Assembly (NCBI GenBank): GCA_017407205.1
Contig: JAFQXA010000016.1
Span: 86,726 to 150,725, forward strand
Source of the DNA: Clostridia bacterium
Lineage (GTDB): Bacteria > Bacillota > Clostridia > Christensenellales > CAG-138
DNA: 64,000 nucleotides
Reading direction: 5' to 3'
Numbering within the stretch: the stretch's first letter is position 1; each line of letters starts with the position of its first letter. Below, piece after piece: positions 25,296 through 35,655 of this stretch. A model generated the notes under the pieces. The model saw nothing but the letters and a program-made list of their open reading frames with translations, did no database searches and had not been told where the DNA came from. A program made the translations under genes and the position numbers.

Positions 25296-28013
25296 ATGGC
25301 TTCAACTAAAAAGAAGACAATAACTGCAAAAAAGAAAACATCTAAAAATACGAATAAAACAGTCAAAAAGGAAGCACTTTTGAAGGAACAAAGCAGGCGT
25401 GAAATAATAGGCGTTGTGCTTGTGGCTTTAGGCTTGCTTTTGGGCGTTATGCTTTACACTGATGCTGTAAGCACGCTTGGCGAAGCGGTAAAGAGCCTGT
25501 TTTTCGGCATGCTCGGCATGGGAGGTTTTGTCCTCCCCGTTGCTGTGGTTGTGCTCGGCGTAGTCGTAATAGTGAAATCAAAGAGTGAAATGCGTCCTGC
25601 GGTATTTTTGCTTTTGTTGCTCGGTGTTTTGTCAATTCTTTCGATTATGCATATAATCACACGCCCCTATAATGCACAAAGCGGAATAAATGTTATTTCA
25701 TATTACGGTGATGCATATACCTACGGCTATATTGCAAGGCTTGGCGGTGGCATTATGGGCGCATTGCTCGCATACCCTGCGCAGGTTTTGGTGGGCGAAG
25801 CTTGCTCGTACATAATCTTTACAGCATTTATACTTATCGTACTTCTTGCCGTAACAAAGCTTTCCTTGCGTGATACTGCAAGCCGTGTCAAAACAAGCAT
25901 AAAAAATCACGCGGAAACTTCAAGGATTTCACACGCTGAAGAATATGACTATGACGAGTACGCAGACAGAGAAATGACAACCGTAACCTTGGGCGTGCAG
26001 GAGGATGGAGGCACTCGCATAATCCGCCAGAAGAAAAAGGCAAAGAATAATAAAAACTCAAAGAGTGACGATACATTTGCAATAGACCTTGCAAATAAAG
26101 AAGATTCAAAGAAAAAGAAGAATACAGCTTCTAAAAAGAGAATGAATGAGGAAGATGAACAACTTTTAACCATCGATTTCTGCAAGGTGGATTCTGAAAA
26201 TAAAAAGCTCCGTACACGCGAGCAGGAAAACGGCTTCGCGGTCGATATCGACGATGAAAAGGAAGCTCCCAAGAAAAAGCTGATGCCTAAAAAAGAATAT
26301 TCAGAAGAAAGAGAAGAACCTGTTTATCAAAGTAATGACTGTCAAAACAGCTATCCTGAAGAAAATGCGGTTGATGACGTTGAAGACTTTGATGTTACAA
26401 TCTATGATCCTCACAGCCGTGAAGCGGTAGAGTTTGAAAGCCCCGTTCAGGATAATGTTGTTCCCATCAGGAAGAACACAAGAATAGATACAGAAAAGGT
26501 ACTCTCTGAAACAGAGAAAGAAATAGAAAATCAGGAAGAATACAGGTATGAACGACCGCCGTTTTCACTTATGAAAGCTCCCGACAGGACAAAACAGCCT
26601 GTTTCGGAGTCACCCGAGGAGCGTGCAAGACTTCTTGAACGCACATTTAAAAGCTTCAACATAGATGCAAAGGTTACAAATGTTACGGTAGGTCCTGTTA
26701 TTACAAGATTTGAACTTCAGCCTGCACAGGGTGTGCGTGTAAACAAGATAACATCGCTCTCAAACGATATAGCACTTGCTCTTGCAGCTTCACGCGTAAG
26801 AATTGAAGCACCGATTCCCGGCAAGGCAGCTATCGGCATTGAAGTTCCCAATAAGGCAACTGCAACGGTTTATCTGCGTGAAGTGGTTGAAAACAATGAG
26901 TTCTTAAGTGCAAAGTCGCCGATTTCATTTGCACTCGGTAAGGATATTGCAGGCAAGATAGTATTTGCAGACCTTGGCAAGATGCCCCATCTTTTGATCG
27001 CAGGCTCAACGGGCAGCGGTAAGAGCGTATGCATAAATGACATTATTATAAGTATGGCATATAAGGCAACGCCCGAGGATGTTCGCATGATACTCATTGA
27101 CCCCAAGGTTGTTGAGCTTAAAATGTTTGCAACAATGCCCCACCTGCTTTTGCCCGTAGTTACGGACCCGAAGAAGGCAGCAGGCGCTTTGAAGTGGGCT
27201 GTTATGGAAATGGACAGACGTTACCAGAAGATGTCGGAGGTCAATGCACGTGACCTTGCAAGATATAATACACTTGTCGAAAAGGAAGAAAGACTTCCCA
27301 AGATAGTGGTTGTTATAGATGAGCTTGCAGACCTTATGATGGTAGCAGCAAAAGATGTTGAAGAATCGATCTGCCGTATTGCGCAGCTTGGCCGTGCAAG
27401 CGGAATTCACCTTATTGTTGCAACACAGCGTCCGTCAACGGATGTTATCACAGGTCTTATCAAGGCTAATATCCCCTCAAGAATTGCGTTCATGGTATCA
27501 TCTGCAATAGATTCACGTGTAATTCTTGACTGCAGCGGTGCTGAAAAGTTGCTTGGTAAGGGCGATATGCTCTTCCATGCAAACGGCTCAAACAAGCCTG
27601 TAAGAATACAGGGCGCGTTCATTGACGATGAAGAAGTTGAAAGCATAATGGACTTCTTCGGACAAAACCCGATGAGCAAAAATGAAATGCTTGATGAGCT
27701 TACGGTTGTAAGTGCTTCAGCAGGTGAAGAAGGTGCCATGCAGGGTAACGGTAAGCAGGAGGACGACCTCTTGGGTGAAGCCGTTAAAATCGTTTTGGAC
27801 AGCGGACAGGCTTCCATCTCAATGATACAAAGAAGATTGCGTGTCGGTTATGCACGTGCCGCAAGACTTATTGATATCATGGAACAGAAAAAGATAGTAA
27901 GCGGCTTTGAAGGAAGCAAACCGAGAAAACTGCTTATAGATTACAGCGACTACGAGCGTATGTTTGGCGGTGGCACAGTAACTTCAGACGGTGTGGAGGA
28001 CGAAATTGATTAA
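25296..28013 (+). CDS. ftsK: DNA translocase FtsK/SpoIIIE
   Basis: N-terminal TM domain, MPHLLIAGSTGSGKS, IDELADLMM, ATQRPS, gamma domain SISMIQRRLRVGYARAARLID. Confidence 0.96.
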   Translation: MASTKKKTITAKKKTSKNTNKTVKKEALLKEQSRREIIGVVLVALGLLLGVMLYTDAVSTLGEAVKSLFFGMLGMGGFVLPVAVVVLGVVVIVKSKSEMRPAVFLLLLLGVLSILSIMHIITRPYNAQSGINVISYYGDAYTYGYIARLGGGIMGALLAYPAQVLVGEACSYIIFTAFILIVLLAVTKLSLRDTASRVKTSIKNHAETSRISHAEEYDYDEYADREMTTVTLGVQEDGGTRIIRQKKKAKNNKNSKSDDTFAIDLANKEDSKKKKNTASKKRMNEEDEQLLTIDFCKVDSENKKLRTREQENGFAVDIDDEKEAPKKKLMPKKEYSEEREEPVYQSNDCQNSYPEENAVDDVEDFDVTIYDPHSREAVEFESPVQDNVVPIRKNTRIDTEKVLSETEKEIENQEEYRYERPPFSLMKAPDRTKQPVSESPEERARLLERTFKSFNIDAKVTNVTVGPVITRFELQPAQGVRVNKITSLSNDIALALAASRVRIEAPIPGKAAIGIEVPNKATATVYLREVVENNEFLSAKSPISFALGKDIAGKIVFADLGKMPHLLIAGSTGSGKSVCINDIIISMAYKATPEDVRMILIDPKVVELKMFATMPHLLLPVVTDPKKAAGALKWAVMEMDRRYQKMSEVNARDLARYNTLVEKEERLPKIVVVIDELADLMMVAAKDVEESICRIAQLGRASGIHLIVATQRPSTDVITGLIKANIPSRIAFMVSSAIDSRVILDCSGAEKLLGKGDMLFHANGSNKPVRIQGAFIDDEEVESIMDFFGQNPMSKNEMLDELTVVSASAGEEGAMQGNGKQEDDLLGEAVKIVLDSGQASISMIQRRLRVGYARAARLIDIMEQKKIVSGFEGSKPRKLLIDYSDYERMFGGGTVTSDGVEDEID

Positions 28014-29295
28014 CAAAGTCGGTATGGTGTCGCTTGGTTGCAGTAAGAACAGAGTCGATAGTGAAATTGTGCTCGGCATACTGAAAAACAACGGCTTTGA
28101 GATTACTTCTGATGCAAGCGAGGCCGAAATAATAATAATCAATACTTGCGGTTTTATACTCGATGCCAAGCAGGAATCAATAAATACAATTCTTGAAATG
28201 GCAGAGTACAAAAAACGTGGAAAATGCTCATTGCTCGTTGTCATGGGCTGTTTAAGCCAGCGTTATGAAGCGGACTTGAAAGACGCGCTTCCCGAAGTTG
28301 ACCTTTTTTGGGGCGTCAAGAATCAGGCAGGGCTTGCAGAGCGTATAAATGAGCTCGCAAAGAAGCATAGCTTTTGCCCTGAGAATATGCGTATGCTTAC
28401 AACACCGCCTTACCGTGCATACCTTCGCATTGCGGACGGCTGTGACAATAAGTGCACATACTGTGCAATCCCCTTAATTCGCGGCTCAAGAGTGAGTTTC
28501 CCGATGGATGAAGTGCTTGAAGAAGCAAAACGTCTTGTAAATGGCGGAGTAAAAGAGCTTACCGTAATTGCACAGGATACATCGGGCTACGGCGTTGATA
28601 TAAAAGGTGAAAGCCTGCTGCCTGCTTTGCTTGACGAGCTTGCAAAGATAGATGAGCTTAAGTGGATACGAGTGCTTTACACATACCCCGATACGGTTGA
28701 CGAAAAGCTTATCGACACAATGATAAGAAATGAAAAGGTAGTAAACTATATCGATATCCCCATTCAGCATATAGATGATGATATACTTATAAAGATGAAC
28801 CGCAGAGGTACGGGCGAGCATATAAGGCGCATCATAGAATATGCAAGGGAAAAAGCGCCCGATTTTATAATCCGTTCAACGGTTATAGTCGGTTTTCCGA
28901 CAGAAACTGATGAGCAGTTTAAAAAGCTTGAGGAATTTATTGCAGGCGGTGCGTTTGACCGTCTCGGTGTTTTTACATACTCCCCCGAAGATTCAACTCC
29001 TGCCGCGCTTATGGATGGACAGATTGATGAGGAAGTAAAAGAAAAGCGACTTCAAAAAATTATGACCTTGCAGCAAAAGGTATCAAGAAGCTACAATGAA
29101 AAGAGAGTTTCAAGCGTTGTTGAAGTTCTCGTTGAGGGCATTGAAAACGGAAGAGCCTACGGCAGATCATATGCAGAGGCCGCAGAGGTTGACGGCGTTA
29201 TAATGCTTGATACGGACAAGGTAAAAACAGGTGATTTTGTAAAGGTAAAGATAACAAGAGCATCGGACTATGACCTTGAGGGCGAAGTTATCTGA
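28006..29295 (+). CDS. rimO: Ribosomal protein S12 methylthiotransferase
   Basis: SLGCSKNRVDSE, NTCGFI, radical-SAM CDNKCTYC, C-terminal TRAM domain. TTG start behind GGAGG. Confidence 0.94.
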   Translation: MINKVGMVSLGCSKNRVDSEIVLGILKNNGFEITSDASEAEIIIINTCGFILDAKQESINTILEMAEYKKRGKCSLLVVMGCLSQRYEADLKDALPEVDLFWGVKNQAGLAERINELAKKHSFCPENMRMLTTPPYRAYLRIADGCDNKCTYCAIPLIRGSRVSFPMDEVLEEAKRLVNGGVKELTVIAQDTSGYGVDIKGESLLPALLDELAKIDELKWIRVLYTYPDTVDEKLIDTMIRNEKVVNYIDIPIQHIDDDILIKMNRRGTGEHIRRIIEYAREKAPDFIIRSTVIVGFPTETDEQFKKLEEFIAGGAFDRLGVFTYSPEDSTPAALMDGQIDEEVKEKRLQKIMTLQQKVSRSYNEKRVSSVVEVLVEGIENGRAYGRSYAEAAEVDGVIMLDTDKVKTGDFVKVKITRASDYDLEGEVI

Positions 29296-29311
29296 GCGTG
29301 GAGGAAAGGTT

Positions 29312-29863
29312 ATGAAGGTAAATAAGCTTCCGAATATATTGACCGTAATACGAATGGCACTCATTCCTGTGTTTATGCTGTTTTTCTATCTTGATACAGA
29401 AAACAGTATGTTTTATGCAGCAGTAATATTTACGGTAGCTTATATAACCGATATGCTTGATGGCATGATTGCAAGAAAATGTAATGCTGTATCAGACTTT
29501 GGCAAGCTCATGGACCCGATTGCCGACAAGCTTTTGAGTATTGCGGCGGTTGTGATGCTTACGGAAGCAGGAATTTTGTCAGGCATAGTAACATTTATAA
29601 TAATTGCACGCGAGATAATAATAAGCGGATTCAGGCTCGTTTGGGCGGCAGACGGAAGGGTTGTTGCAGCCGATAAGCTTGGAAAGCTCAAAACGGTTTT
29701 GCAGTTTGCAGGTATACTTTTAATACTCCTTGAAAATCCTGTTTTCAGACTTTGGAATATTCCGATGGACATGATAGTAATGTATGCATCGGTCGTAATA
29801 TCGGTAATTTCATGTGTGAATTATATAGTCAAAAATACGGACAAAAAAGCAGGGAATAAGTAA
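29312..29863 (+). CDS. pgsA: CDP-diacylglycerol--glycerol-3-phosphate 3-phosphatidyltransferase
   Basis: PNILT..R and TDMLDGMIAR....SDFGKLMDPIADK motifs. Confidence 0.95.
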   Translation: MKVNKLPNILTVIRMALIPVFMLFFYLDTENSMFYAAVIFTVAYITDMLDGMIARKCNAVSDFGKLMDPIADKLLSIAAVVMLTEAGILSGIVTFIIIAREIIISGFRLVWAADGRVVAADKLGKLKTVLQFAGILLILLENPVFRLWNIPMDMIVMYASVVISVISCVNYIVKNTDKKAGNK

Positions 29864-29865
29864 GA

Positions 29866-31098
29866 ATGATTGCAGAAATTATTTGCGTGGGCACTGAACT
29901 GCTCATGGGACAGATAGTGAATACCAATGCACAGTACATTTCAAAACGCCTGAGCGAGCTTGGCGTAAATCTTTATTTTGAAGTGACGGTTGGCGACAAT
30001 CCGAAAAGGCTTGAAGAAACGATAAAAACGGCACTTTCACGCTCGGATATAGCAATACTCACGGGCGGACTCGGTCCTACGGTTGATGATATAACAAAAG
30101 AGGTATCAGCTTCCGTTATGGGAAAAGAGTTTGTTTTGCATGAAGAATCGGTAACAAAAATAGCCGAATACTTTAAAGCACGCGGAATACCGATGCCCGA
30201 AAACAATACAAAGCAGGCAATGCTCCCCAAGGACGGAATAATACTTGAAAACAGCTGTGGTACAGCCCCCGGCTGCATCATGGAAAAGGACGAAAAAGCA
30301 CTCATACTGCTCCCGGGGCCTCCTGTTGAAATGAAAGCAATGTTTGAATCGGGAGTTGCACCCTACCTTGAAAAGCGAAGCGGTGAAATTCTCTATTCAC
30401 GAATTGTGCGTATATATGGCATGGGTGAATCGCTTGTACAGGAAAAATTAAAAGACTTTTTTGAGGACCAAAGCCGAGTAAGCATAGCTCCCTATGTAAA
30501 AACAGGAGAAACTACATTAAGACTTACAACAAGGTGTAAGAACGAAAAAGAGGGCGAAAAAGTGCTTTTGCCCATACTTGAAAAAATAAAGACAAGGCTT
30601 GGCGATGTTGTTTACTCGATTGACGATGAAGAGCTTGAAGAGGTTGTTGTTAAGCTTTTAAAAGAACAAGGGAAAACACTTGCCTTAGCTGAAAGCTGTA
30701 CGGGCGGACTTATCTCTGCAAAAATAGTTTCGGTTTCGGGATGCTCGGATGTATTTATAGAAAGTTCTGTCACATATGCAAACGATGCCAAGGTGAGAAG
30801 GCTTGGCGTAAAGGAAGAAACGCTTTTAAAGCACGGCGCTGTAAGCTATGAAACGGCATACGAGATGGCAGAAGGCATCAGAAAAATGAGCGGAAGCGAC
30901 ATAGGCGCATCCGTCACAGGTATTGCAGGCCCGTCGGGTGGAAGTAAAGAAAAGCCTGTCGGACTTGTCTATATAGCTGTTTCAACAAAGGACGGCACAG
31001 AGGTTCAAAAACTCAACCTCGGCAATGTCCGCGAGGTCGTGAGGGAAAGAGCAGCAAAAGCTGTTATAGACATGGTAAGGCAAAGTTTGATAAAATAG
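29866..31098 (+). CDS. cinA: Competence/damage-inducible protein CinA (with PncC domain)
   Basis: VGTELLMGQIVNTNA, GGLGPT.DD, LPGPP.EM, AESCTGG, TGIAGP. Confidence 0.95.
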   Translation: MIAEIICVGTELLMGQIVNTNAQYISKRLSELGVNLYFEVTVGDNPKRLEETIKTALSRSDIAILTGGLGPTVDDITKEVSASVMGKEFVLHEESVTKIAEYFKARGIPMPENNTKQAMLPKDGIILENSCGTAPGCIMEKDEKALILLPGPPVEMKAMFESGVAPYLEKRSGEILYSRIVRIYGMGESLVQEKLKDFFEDQSRVSIAPYVKTGETTLRLTTRCKNEKEGEKVLLPILEKIKTRLGDVVYSIDDEELEEVVVKLLKEQGKTLALAESCTGGLISAKIVSVSGCSDVFIESSVTYANDAKVRRLGVKEETLLKHGAVSYETAYEMAEGIRKMSGSDIGASVTGIAGPSGGSKEKPVGLVYIAVSTKDGTEVQKLNLGNVREVVRERAAKAVIDMVRQSLIK

Positions 31099-31134
31099 AT
31101 AACGGACATAACGAAAGAAAGGAATGTAAAAGGT

Positions 31135-32139
31135 ATGATGGAAAGAGAAAAAGCCCTTGAAATGGCGATTGCGCAGATAGATAAACAATTCGGTAAAGGA
31201 ACGGTTATGAAGCTTGGTGACCCTTCAAGCAAGCTTGCAGTTTCCACCATTCCGTCAGGCTGCCTGGAGCTTGACTATGCTTTGGGCGTAGGCGGCGTTC
31301 CGCGTGGCAGAATTATAGAAGTATTCGGCCCCGAATCCTCAGGTAAAACAACAATAGCCTTGCACATGATAGCAGAAGCACAGAAGCTCGGCGGCATTGC
31401 TGCATTTATAGATGCAGAGCACGCACTTGACCCGGTATATTCAAAGAACTTGGGTGTTGATGTTGATGAGCTTTACGTTTCACAGCCCGATACAGGTGAA
31501 CAGGCACTTGAAATTGCAGAAGCTTTCGTAAGAAGCGGTGCTATTGATATTATTGTAATCGACTCCGTTGCAGCACTCGTTCCCAAGGCTGAAATCGAGG
31601 GCGATATGGGTGATTCGCACGTTGGCTTGCAGGCAAGACTCATGTCACAGGCACTCCGTAAGCTTGCTGGTGTTATAAGCAAGTCAAACACGATAGTGGT
31701 ATTTATAAATCAGCTTCGCGAAAAGGTCGGCGTTATGTACGGCAACCCCGAAACAACAACGGGCGGCAGAGCATTGAAGTTCTATGCCTCAATCCGTCTT
31801 GACGTCCGCAAGGTTGACGTTATAAAGAACGGCACAGAGGTGATCGGCAACCACACAAGAATTAAGGTTGTAAAGAATAAGGTCGCTCCTCCGTTTAAAA
31901 CAGCAGAGTTTGACATCATATACGGTGAGGGTATCTCCAAGGAAGGCTCAATCCTTGATATGGCTGTCGAATACAAGATAATCCAGAAGACGGGTGCATG
32001 GTACTCCTACGGTGATATGCGTATGGCACAGGGCAGGGACAATGCAAGAGTATTCCTCAAAGACAATGCAGAGCTTTGCGCAGAAATCGAAGAAAAAGTC
32101 AGAAGTGTTATGAATCCTGCCGAAGAAGACGAAGAATAA
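31135..32139 (+). CDS. recA: Recombinase A
   Basis: [38 protein letters not shown]. Confidence 0.99.
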   Translation: MMEREKALEMAIAQIDKQFGKGTVMKLGDPSSKLAVSTIPSGCLELDYALGVGGVPRGRIIEVFGPESSGKTTIALHMIAEAQKLGGIAAFIDAEHALDPVYSKNLGVDVDELYVSQPDTGEQALEIAEAFVRSGAIDIIVIDSVAALVPKAEIEGDMGDSHVGLQARLMSQALRKLAGVISKSNTIVVFINQLREKVGVMYGNPETTTGGRALKFYASIRLDVRKVDVIKNGTEVIGNHTRIKVVKNKVAPPFKTAEFDIIYGEGISKEGSILDMAVEYKIIQKTGAWYSYGDMRMAQGRDNARVFLKDNAELCAEIEEKVRSVMNPAEEDEE

Positions 32140-32201
32140 AAATAAAGCCAAATAAAAATCGCTCAGGTGTAAAAAGCCTGAGCGAATTTCTTTTTTAAAA
32201 T

Positions 32202-32536
32202 GAGCAAGCAATAAGCCGAGTTCTGTATAACTGTGACCATCTATCTTGGCGTATCGTCACCGATACGCTCGTGCGATTTTCAAGAGCGTGACGGGCAGCC
32301 ATTAAATGCTCTCATTCCAATCTTGCTCCGAGTGGGGTTTACAGCACATCCTTCGTTGCCGAAGGCGTGGGTGAGCTCTTACCTCGCCTTTCCACCCTTA
32401 CCGCAAAAATGCGGCGGTATATCTCTGTTGCACTTTCCTTGAAGTCGCCTTCACCGGGTGTTATCCGGCACTCTGCCCTGCGGAGCTCGGACTTTCCTCC
32501 CCGACATGAAAGACGGGGCGGTCACATAGCTTACTC
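32202..32536 (-). ncRNA. rnpB: RNase P RNA, bacterial type A
   Basis: Minus strand has GAGGAAAGTCCGAGCT (CR-I), GGAAAGTGCAACAGA, AAGGGTGGAAAGGCGAGGTAAGAGCTCACC, TAGATGGT and ACAGAACTCGGCTTA (CR-V). Ends pair as GAGTAAGC/GCTTGCTC. Confidence 0.96.
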
Positions 32537-32564
32537 ATATTTTGCTGTGTTGGTGTGTATTGTG

Positions 32565-33281
32565 TCAGTCGGTATAAAGTATGCGGCCGCGGTTTTCACA
32601 TTCCACAATGCCCTCGCCCGATGCAACACGTTTTACAACCGAGGTCGGCAATGACATATTACAGCCGCTGCACTGATTGTTTGCAACCTTTGCAATCGGC
32701 AGTGCATGCCTCGTTTTAATAAATGTATACTTGTCAAGAAGTGCCTTGTCAACATCTGCCTTGAGGCTTTCTGCTTTTTTCTTGGCTTCTTCTATTGCAG
32801 GCTTTGCAGAAGCCTGTTCATTTTCGCAGTTTATCTTGAGAGCGTCATACTCTTTCTTGGCGCGTGATGCCTTGGAGCCAAGCTCCCTGTAATCTGCGGT
32901 AGCTTTCTCTATCCATGCTATGGCATCAAAAAGCTCACGCTTTGTTTCCGCAACCTCTTTAAGCACGCTTTCAATTGCAGAGCGTGATTCTGTAAGCTCG
33001 GCAGCTGTGCTTTCTTCGTCACTTTCGATTACCTTGAATTCCGATTCTTCAAGCTCGCAAGCCTTTTCAAGCTCTGCAACCTTTGCGGATAAACGCTGAA
33101 TGGTTGCTTCTTTTGCCTCAAGCTGTTTCTGCAAAGCATTGAGCTGTGTTTGCTGTTCACTCAAAAAAGCATGAAGCTTTGTAAGCTTTACGCGTGAGGG
33201 TGTTGTGCGAACATCGGATTCCAATTTGTCAAGCTCGGTAACCGCTTCATGGTAGAGCCAAAGTGTGTTGAGTTTGTTCAT
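32565..33281 (-). CDS. Coiled-coil protein with C-terminal C4-type zinc ribbon (DUF164/CT398-like)
   Basis: Long heptad region, then LLDKY...CSGCNMSLP...IVECENRGRILY; conserved nif3-DUF164 synteny. Confidence 0.85.
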   Translation of the reverse strand: MNKLNTLWLYHEAVTELDKLESDVRTTPSRVKLTKLHAFLSEQQTQLNALQKQLEAKEATIQRLSAKVAELEKACELEESEFKVIESDEESTAAELTESRSAIESVLKEVAETKRELFDAIAWIEKATADYRELGSKASRAKKEYDALKINCENEQASAKPAIEEAKKKAESLKADVDKALLDKYTFIKTRHALPIAKVANNQCSGCNMSLPTSVVKRVASGEGIVECENRGRILYTD

Positions 33282-33301
33282 TGCAATGCTCCTTTGGTTT
33301 T

Positions 33302-34066
33302 TTATACTCCCCTTAAGGATGTCCTTTCAGAAAGTGTTAACTTATATTGTATATCATTTGATATGGTCTGTAAATGCTTAATAAGTGGCATAAGCACAAC
33401 TCTTTCGGTTTCATAGTGCCCTGCCTCGACAATGTTAAGCCCTGTACAGCGTGCAGACAATGCCTGGCTGTGTTTGATTTCACCCGTTACCAAAACATCT
33501 GCACCAAAAGCGTGAACCGTATCACACTCGCTTCCTCCGCTTCCGCCTATGACCGCAACACGGCTTATCGTGCTGTCGCTTTCACCGCAAATTCTCACCT
33601 TTGTATCAAGCTTTTCCTGCACAAAGCGTGCAAACTCTTCAAGCGTCATGGGGGTTTTGAGTGTGCCGACTCTTCCCAAGTTTTCGGGAGGCAGGGGAAC
33701 AATATTCAAAAGACCTAAACTCTCAGCCAAAGCATCGTTTACACCGCCCTGTGCAATATCAAGGTTTGTGTGGGCTGCAAAGTGTGCAATCCCTGCCTGT
33801 ATGAGCATATATGCCGCCGCCGTATCGGGTCTTTTCGGGCATATGCTCTTTACGGGAGCAAAGAAAATCGGATGATGCGTTGAAACAAGGTCTGCACCAA
33901 AGTCAATCGCCTCTTTTGCTGTTTCGACCGTTAAATCAAGTGCAACAAGCACTTTTTTGATCTCCGTCCTGTTCGTGCCTATCAAAAGCCCCGGATTGTC
34001 AAAATCAAGCGCAAGTTCGCGCGGTGCGATTTTTTCCATCATATCTGTAAAATCATTGAGTTTCAT
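33302..34066 (-). CDS. Nif3-like dinuclear metal center protein (YbgI/YqfO family)
   Basis: DNPGLLIG, THHPIFF, HTNLD, GGVND, TGEIKH, AGHYETE. Confidence 0.93.
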   Translation of the reverse strand: MKLNDFTDMMEKIAPRELALDFDNPGLLIGTNRTEIKKVLVALDLTVETAKEAIDFGADLVSTHHPIFFAPVKSICPKRPDTAAAYMLIQAGIAHFAAHTNLDIAQGGVNDALAESLGLLNIVPLPPENLGRVGTLKTPMTLEEFARFVQEKLDTKVRICGESDSTISRVAVIGGSGGSECDTVHAFGADVLVTGEIKHSQALSARCTGLNIVEAGHYETERVVLMPLIKHLQTISNDIQYKLTLSERTSLRGV

Positions 34067-34068
34067 TT

Positions 34069-34788
34069 TTATTCCTCCCATGTATTGACGGTGCTTAAAA
34101 GTTCCTTTACTTTGTCAAGCTCCTTGGTTAAAATCTCGGGGGTGAAGTTGTCACGGTTTGCCCTTGCAATCTCTTTTTCAAGCATTGTGAGCCTACGTTC
34201 CAAGACTTGTTTAAGTAATGCATCCTTCTTTTCAAAAAGAAGCGTTCCAAGACTCCAATAGTCACCCAGGAAACCATTCGTTTCACTTGATTGAGCATCA
34301 CAAAACCGTATTCCTATTATTTGGTAGTAACGCTTTGCGTCCAAAACAAGCTTTTCGTCAAAAATCTCATAGCCGTTTTGCGATATGAACTTTCTCAGCT
34401 CCTCAATACCGCCCATCGGCTGAAGTATTATCTGCTTTGCACTCTTTGCAACAGCTTCACCTTTTGCAAGTATTGAAGAAATAAGCTCTCCGCCCATGCC
34501 GGCTATTATTATTGTGTCCACATTGCCTGATTTATCAAGGTGTGCAAGCCCGTCGCTTACGCATACTTCTATTTTGTCCGACAAACGGCACTTTTGTGCA
34601 AGCAAGCGCGCTTTTTCCAAAGACGGCTCGCTTATATCGGAAGCGATTACCCGTTTTGCCTTGCCCATTCTTAAAAGTGCAACTGATAATCTTCCGTGGT
34701 CACAGCCTATGTCTGCTACGATTGCAGAGCTTTTCATCATATCCGCCACAGCCTGCAAGCGTGGGCGAAGCGATAATTCTCTTGCCAT
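34069..34788 (-). CDS. trmK: tRNA (adenine(22)-N1)-methyltransferase
   Basis: L.PRL..VA, ADIGCDHG, SDGL, IIAGMGGELI, ILQP; trmK-nif3 synteny. Confidence 0.88.
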   Translation of the reverse strand: MARELSLRPRLQAVADMMKSSAIVADIGCDHGRLSVALLRMGKAKRVIASDISEPSLEKARLLAQKCRLSDKIEVCVSDGLAHLDKSGNVDTIIIAGMGGELISSILAKGEAVAKSAKQIILQPMGGIEELRKFISQNGYEIFDEKLVLDAKRYYQIIGIRFCDAQSSETNGFLGDYWSLGTLLFEKKDALLKQVLERRLTMLEKEIARANRDNFTPEILTKELDKVKELLSTVNTWEE

Positions 34789-34901
34789 AAAAAATCCTTA
34801 CTTTTATACTTTGATAAAATTATAAAACAAATCCGAGTGCAAACGCAAACAAAATCAGGAAATTATGATATAATACAGAAAAATTCCAATGAGGAGAAAG
34901 C

Positions 34902-35612
34902 ATGAAAAATAAGGGCATAATAAGAACTGTTGCAGGGATTGTGGCATCGCTCTGCCTGATAACTTCGATAATACTTCTTTCCGTGAGGATTGTCTGCTTT
35001 TCAAGGTCGATATATCTTCGTGAGTACGAAGAAGCGGAAACCGCATTTTTTATGGACACCACGAATGACGAGCTTATGAAAGCGACCGAAGCCCTGCTTT
35101 TATACATAAAGGGCGAGCGAGACACCATAATGATCGATATAATGCTTGACGGTGAGCAAACGCCCTTCTATAACGAGCGTGAGGCAGAGCATATGGTGGA
35201 CGTAAAGGTGCTTTATGAAAACGCAATGAGTGTAATGCTCATAGGCTTTGTTGCGTTTTCGGTATTGACCGCACTTCAGACAATTGTCTTTAAAAAGCAA
35301 GCATATAAGAGTATAATAAACGGCTTTTTAATTGCAAATATAATCGCGGTTTTGGTAATCGGAGCACTTGCTGTTTTTGCTCTTTGCGACTTTGATACTT
35401 TCTGGACCTCGTTCCATCACGTGTTTTTCACAAATGATTTATGGCAGATGAACATATTTACAGACAGAATGATTCAGCTTTTCACGGGCGGTGATTTTTT
35501 CTTCAAAATCTGCATGGGTGTTGTTGTATGCACATTGGTTATAGATGCAGTATTGCTTGCCTGTGCCTTCTTTTTCAAGCACCGCTTGAAGAAGAAAAAT
35601 GCCTGGAACTGA
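34902..35612 (+). CDS. TIGR01906/DUF1461-family integral membrane protein
   Basis: RE..HM.DVK.L and FDTFWTSFHHVFF.NDLW motifs, four TM segments. Confidence 0.85.
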   Translation: MKNKGIIRTVAGIVASLCLITSIILLSVRIVCFSRSIYLREYEEAETAFFMDTTNDELMKATEALLLYIKGERDTIMIDIMLDGEQTPFYNEREAEHMVDVKVLYENAMSVMLIGFVAFSVLTALQTIVFKKQAYKSIINGFLIANIIAVLVIGALAVFALCDFDTFWTSFHHVFFTNDLWQMNIFTDRMIQLFTGGDFFFKICMGVVVCTLVIDAVLLACAFFFKHRLKKKNAWN

Positions 35613-35655
35613 AAAACAAAAGCAACCGATTTTCACGGTTGCTTTGCTTTTAAAA

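Noticed and set aside
32233-32654. Short plus-strand ORFs after recA
   Set aside because: They are antisense to the RNase P RNA gene.
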